Shown piece by piece: positions 60,366 through 64,000 of a stretch of 64,000 nucleotides of DNA (position 1 is its first letter; the number at the start of each line of letters is the position of its first letter). The notes under the pieces were generated by a model. That model searched no databases. It had not been told where the DNA came from and worked only from the letters and a program-made list of their open reading frames with translations. The position numbers were made by a program, and so were the translations under genes. Source of the DNA: Cellvibrionales bacterium (lineage in GTDB: Bacteria > Pseudomonadota > Gammaproteobacteria > Pseudomonadales > Porticoccaceae); the NCBI GenBank assembly GCA_038143955.1, contig JAYQMT010000005.1:551423-615422 (forward strand), in the 5' to 3' direction.

Positions 60366-61759
60366 TTATTTATTATTGCTGATCAGCCTAACGCGAAAAT
60401 TTCTTCCTTTTAGTTTACCCGTTGATAACTTTGTTAGCGCTATAGGGTAAATATCAAATTCAATGGCGACATACGACCAGTTGTCTTTAATATTAATATC
60501 TCCAATTTTGGTAGCTTTAATTGTTCCATCGCCTGTGAGAGCCCCAACAATATCTCCAGCACGTAGTTTTTGTTTTTTTCCACCATCGATTTGGATAGTT
60601 CTCATTTGAGGTTGGAGTGGTACATTCAAAAGAACATTCATCGATGGTAATTCTTTTGGAATTATGATTTGGTCGAAATGCTTCTCGAGAAGAGTAATTT
60701 TATGCCCTCTCTTTCTGTGTACAGATTATAGATATTTCCACTAGATCCAGCACGACCAGTTCTTCCTATACGATGAATATGAGACTTAACATCTCTTGCA
60801 AGCTTATAGTTGAAGACCGCGGATAAGGATGAGATATCAATACCTCTTGCTGCTACATCGGTTGCCACTAAAATGGATAAACTTTTGTTAGAAAAACATA
60901 GTAACGTCTGGTCTCTATCTTTTTGATCAAGGTCTCCATGTAAAGGTGAGGCGCTAAAGCCCAAGTCAATTAGATTATTAGCTACAGCTTGAACTTCTTT
61001 TTTTGTTTCACAAAAAACAATTGTTGATTTCGGTAAGTAACGAAAAAGTATTAATTTTAAAGCATCAAACCTACTTGCTTCATTCTTAATTAAATAGAAA
61101 TTTTGATTAATTCCTTTTTCTTTAATAACAGAAGCAACTTTAATAATTTTTGGCTTCCTCATAATTTTAGTAGCTATGGATGAAATATCATCATCAAAAG
61201 TGGCACTAAAGAGCAAGGTTTGACGATTTTCAGGTAAATATTCAATAATAGCATCAAGTGAGGTCTGAAAACCCATATCTAGCAAACGATCAGCCTCATC
61301 GAGAACGAGTGTATTAATACTCTCTAATGATAAATTATTTTTATCTAGATGATCCAGAATTCGGCCAGGTGTTCCAACTATTATGTGTGCTCCGTGAGCG
61401 AGCGATCCTTTTTGTAGACCAAATGCAGAGCCACCACATAATGTGAGAACTTTGATGTTGTGTATCGTACATCCCAGCTTACGTATTTCACGAGCAACTT
61501 GATCGGCTAACTCTCTTGTTGGGCATAAAACGAGTGCTTGGATTTTAAATATTTCAGCATCAAGCTTGTTTAAAATACCTATAGAAAAAGCTGCTGTTTT
61601 ACCAGAGCCAGTTACTCCTTGTCCAATTACATCGAATCCCTTTAGAATTTCAGGTAGTGTTTCTGCCTGTATAGGTGTTAACTTGTTATAACCGAGCGAT
61701 ATGGTGCTTTTAATTAGATTGCTATTTAAAGCTAGAGTTGAAAATTGACTGTATTCCAA
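60366..61759 (-). CDS. dbpA: ATP-dependent RNA helicase DbpA (frameshift near 60690)
   Basis: TGSGKT, PTRELA, DEAD, HRIGRTGRAG, C-terminal RNA-binding domain KLRAGDIVGALTG. Confidence 0.94.
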
Positions 61760-61843
61760 ATGTTCTACTCTACTTTATAAGTTATTTACGAGGATAAGAT
61801 AGGAATTGCAAAAAACTAATGTGCATTGAATTCTAGTCGTACT

Positions 61844-61878
61844 AAAAAAATCCCAACTAATATAAACGTTGGGATTTA
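61844..61878 (-). terminator. Intrinsic terminator after the orphan lipoprotein
   Basis: AAATCCCAAC...GTTGGGATTT inverted repeat with a T tract on the minus strand. Confidence 0.7.
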
Positions 61879-61906
61879 ACAAATTCTTTTTGTTATAAAA
61901 TACCTA

Positions 61907-62266
61907 CTATTCTTCTTGAGAAAGCAACCACATGGTGTGTTCAACGCTTCCTTCCTCTATACCTTCAGGAACTTCACGTAACTTTGGGTTTTCTTTTGCA
62001 GTAGCGAGATCTCTATTTTTAACAACCTCTCCTTTCTCATTTACATATTCACCTGGCTTCAAGTTTTTTGAAATAGCGAAAGCTGGAGCTGGAGCAGTAG
62101 ATGGATCTGATGAGCTACCAAATTTTTCTGTATTGAATTTATCAATATTACTATTTCCAGTGGATGATTCAGTCGCCTCTGGAGCAGGAGCTTCCTCTGA
62201 TTTATCTCCACATGCTACTAGCCCTAATACTAGTAAAGATACACCAAGAAATTTAACAATATTCAT
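61907..62266 (-). CDS. Hypothetical lipoprotein
   Basis: MNIVKFLGVSLLVLGLVAC lipobox, low-complexity Ala/Pro/Ser/Glu linker, RBS AAGGGG, own terminator. Confidence 0.75.
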   Translation of the reverse strand: MNIVKFLGVSLLVLGLVACGDKSEEAPAPEATESSTGNSNIDKFNTEKFGSSSDPSTAPAPAFAISKNLKPGEYVNEKGEVVKNRDLATAKENPKLREVPEGIEEGSVEHTMWLLSQEE

Positions 62267-62657
62267 TCTCTCATTCCCCTTTAAAAAAAATCATATTTAA
62301 AAAAAAATTATATTCAGCATTCAGAAAAAGAGTGCTTAATCGCCAATATTTTTTATTTCAATATTAAAAAATCAATTGTGAAATATATATATATAGCTAT
62401 TACCGAAAATCGATTTTAATGACCTTTCACTAACAAATCTATAGATATATGGTGTCTTTATCAATTTTTTTTAGGAAATATAATTTTTAATAAATTATAT
62501 TATTAAAATCAATTATTTATAAAATTAATAGTCTTGATTTAATTTGCATTTAGTCTGATTAAAAATCTTAATGTGTAATTATATATGTAATGCAATTCTT
62601 TAATAATCTATATATTTTGTTTTATGATTAACTTTTAAGCTTGAATATTTATCAAAT

Positions 62658-63317
62658 TTAATTGGGTAAGCTGTGAACATATTTGATTCCTGTACCTCCC
62701 AAACCACAATAGCCATTTGGATTTTTGGCTAAGTATTGTTGATGGTAATCTTCAGCATAAAAAAATTCTTTATTAAGATTTACTTCAGTAGTTATCTCTC
62801 CGTAACTATATACTTTTAATTGCTCTTGATAGAGATTTTTTGAAAATAATGCGTCATCAAGTTGCTTTTTATCACAACAGTAAATCGCAGAACGGTATTG
62901 TGTGCCTGAATCATTGCCCTGCCTCATGCCTTGCGTTGGATCGTGTGACTCCCAAAATATTGAAAGTATATGTTTCAATGTTATTTTTTTGGATTATATA
63001 TAACTCTAACGGCCTCAGTGTGCCCAGTTAATCCAGAGCAAACCTCATCATAGGTTGGATTTTGTGTATAACCGCCTGAATAACCAACTGCGGTAGTGTA
63101 CACACCATCTTGATTCCAGAATTTTTTTTTCAGCACCCCAAAAGCAACCAAGACCTAGAATAATTTCCTCGAGAGAGTCTTGAAAAGGGCCTGCTATCGG
63201 TCGTTTATGGACATAATGCTCATTTGTTATCACCTGTTTTTCTTGTTTTCCTTCTAATGCCCTATTTTGGGCAATAATTTGATTTTTAAATGAACTTTCC
63301 ATCATCTTTTTCTCCAT
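62658..63317 (-). CDS. msrA: Peptide methionine sulfoxide reductase A (frameshifted)
   Basis: [35 protein letters not shown]. Confidence 0.95.
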
Positions 63318-63401
63318 GAGACTTTAAATATTCTCGTAGGCGGATATTAGTTTTGTATGTTATTCTAGCAATTATAGTTCTGATATAAAATTGAGGCCTA
63401 A

Positions 63402-64000
63402 ATGATGATTGAGCTTTTCACTTCAGCAACGCCAAATGGTCACAAGATTAGCATAGCTTTAGAAGAGCTTGGTCTTATATATACTTTAAATGAATTAAAT
63501 CTCGGCGCAAACGATCAAAAAAAAAATAAATACCTAAAGCTTAATCCCAATGGGAAAATACCTGCAATTATTGATCATGATAATAATGATTTTGTTGTAT
63601 TCGAGTCTGGAGCTATTCTTATATATTTAGCTGAAAAACAGGCAAACTTTTACCTCAGAATGAATATGATCGATCAATAACTATACAATGGCTGATGTTC
63701 CAGATGGGCGGAATAGGCCCAATGATGGGTCAAGCTAATGTTTTTTATCGTTATTGGCATGAATAATATCAGCCTGGCATAGACCGCTATCAAAATGAAG
63801 TTAAGAGATTATTTAGTGTTATGGATGTTCACTTAAATGACAGGACCTATCTTTCAAGTGAGCTAAGTATTGCAGATATTGCATGTTGGCCATGGGTGAA
63901 ACTACATGAATGGGCTGGCGTAGGTCTGGCTGATTTTCCTAACTTATCATCCTGGTTAAATATTTTGGGGGAACGCCCATCTTTCATTAAAGGAATAAAT
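63402..64000 (+). CDS. Glutathione S-transferase, YfcG/YghU-like (errors; runs off the window end)
   Basis: [27 protein letters not shown]; downstream [13 protein letters not shown] and SIADIA in a shifted frame. Confidence 0.88.

Overview
AT-rich chromosomal window from a small-genome marine gammaproteobacterium. The proteorhodopsin sequence and gene order resemble Cellvibrionales such as SAR92/Porticoccaceae (inference). Many core genes are split by frameshifts, mostly in homopolymer runs, and a few carry point nonsense changes, which looks like long-read consensus error and not real pseudogenisation. The window contains the replication terminus: a near-canonical dif site at 7570-7597, a switch in gene orientation around it, and KOPS octamers pointing at it. 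The standout feature begins about 0.8 kb from dif. It is a phototrophy module with two different rhodopsins in tandem: a blue-tuned (Q105) DTE proteorhodopsin and a green-tuned (Leu) DTE xanthorhodopsin-family protein with a Trp-closed antenna site. Each has its own RBS and terminator, and both precede one shared crtE-crtI-crtB-crtY-blh retinal pathway; a Fur-like box lies upstream. Other points: a ferrochelatase with a 3-Cys insertion, a lipoprotein-type oligoendopeptidase F upstream of an opp operon, the SRP RNA gene, an O-acyltransferase islet at the guaA 3' end, and repeated local absence of genes from conserved operons (rarA, rlmD/relA, pdxJ, rseB/rseC/mucD, mltF).
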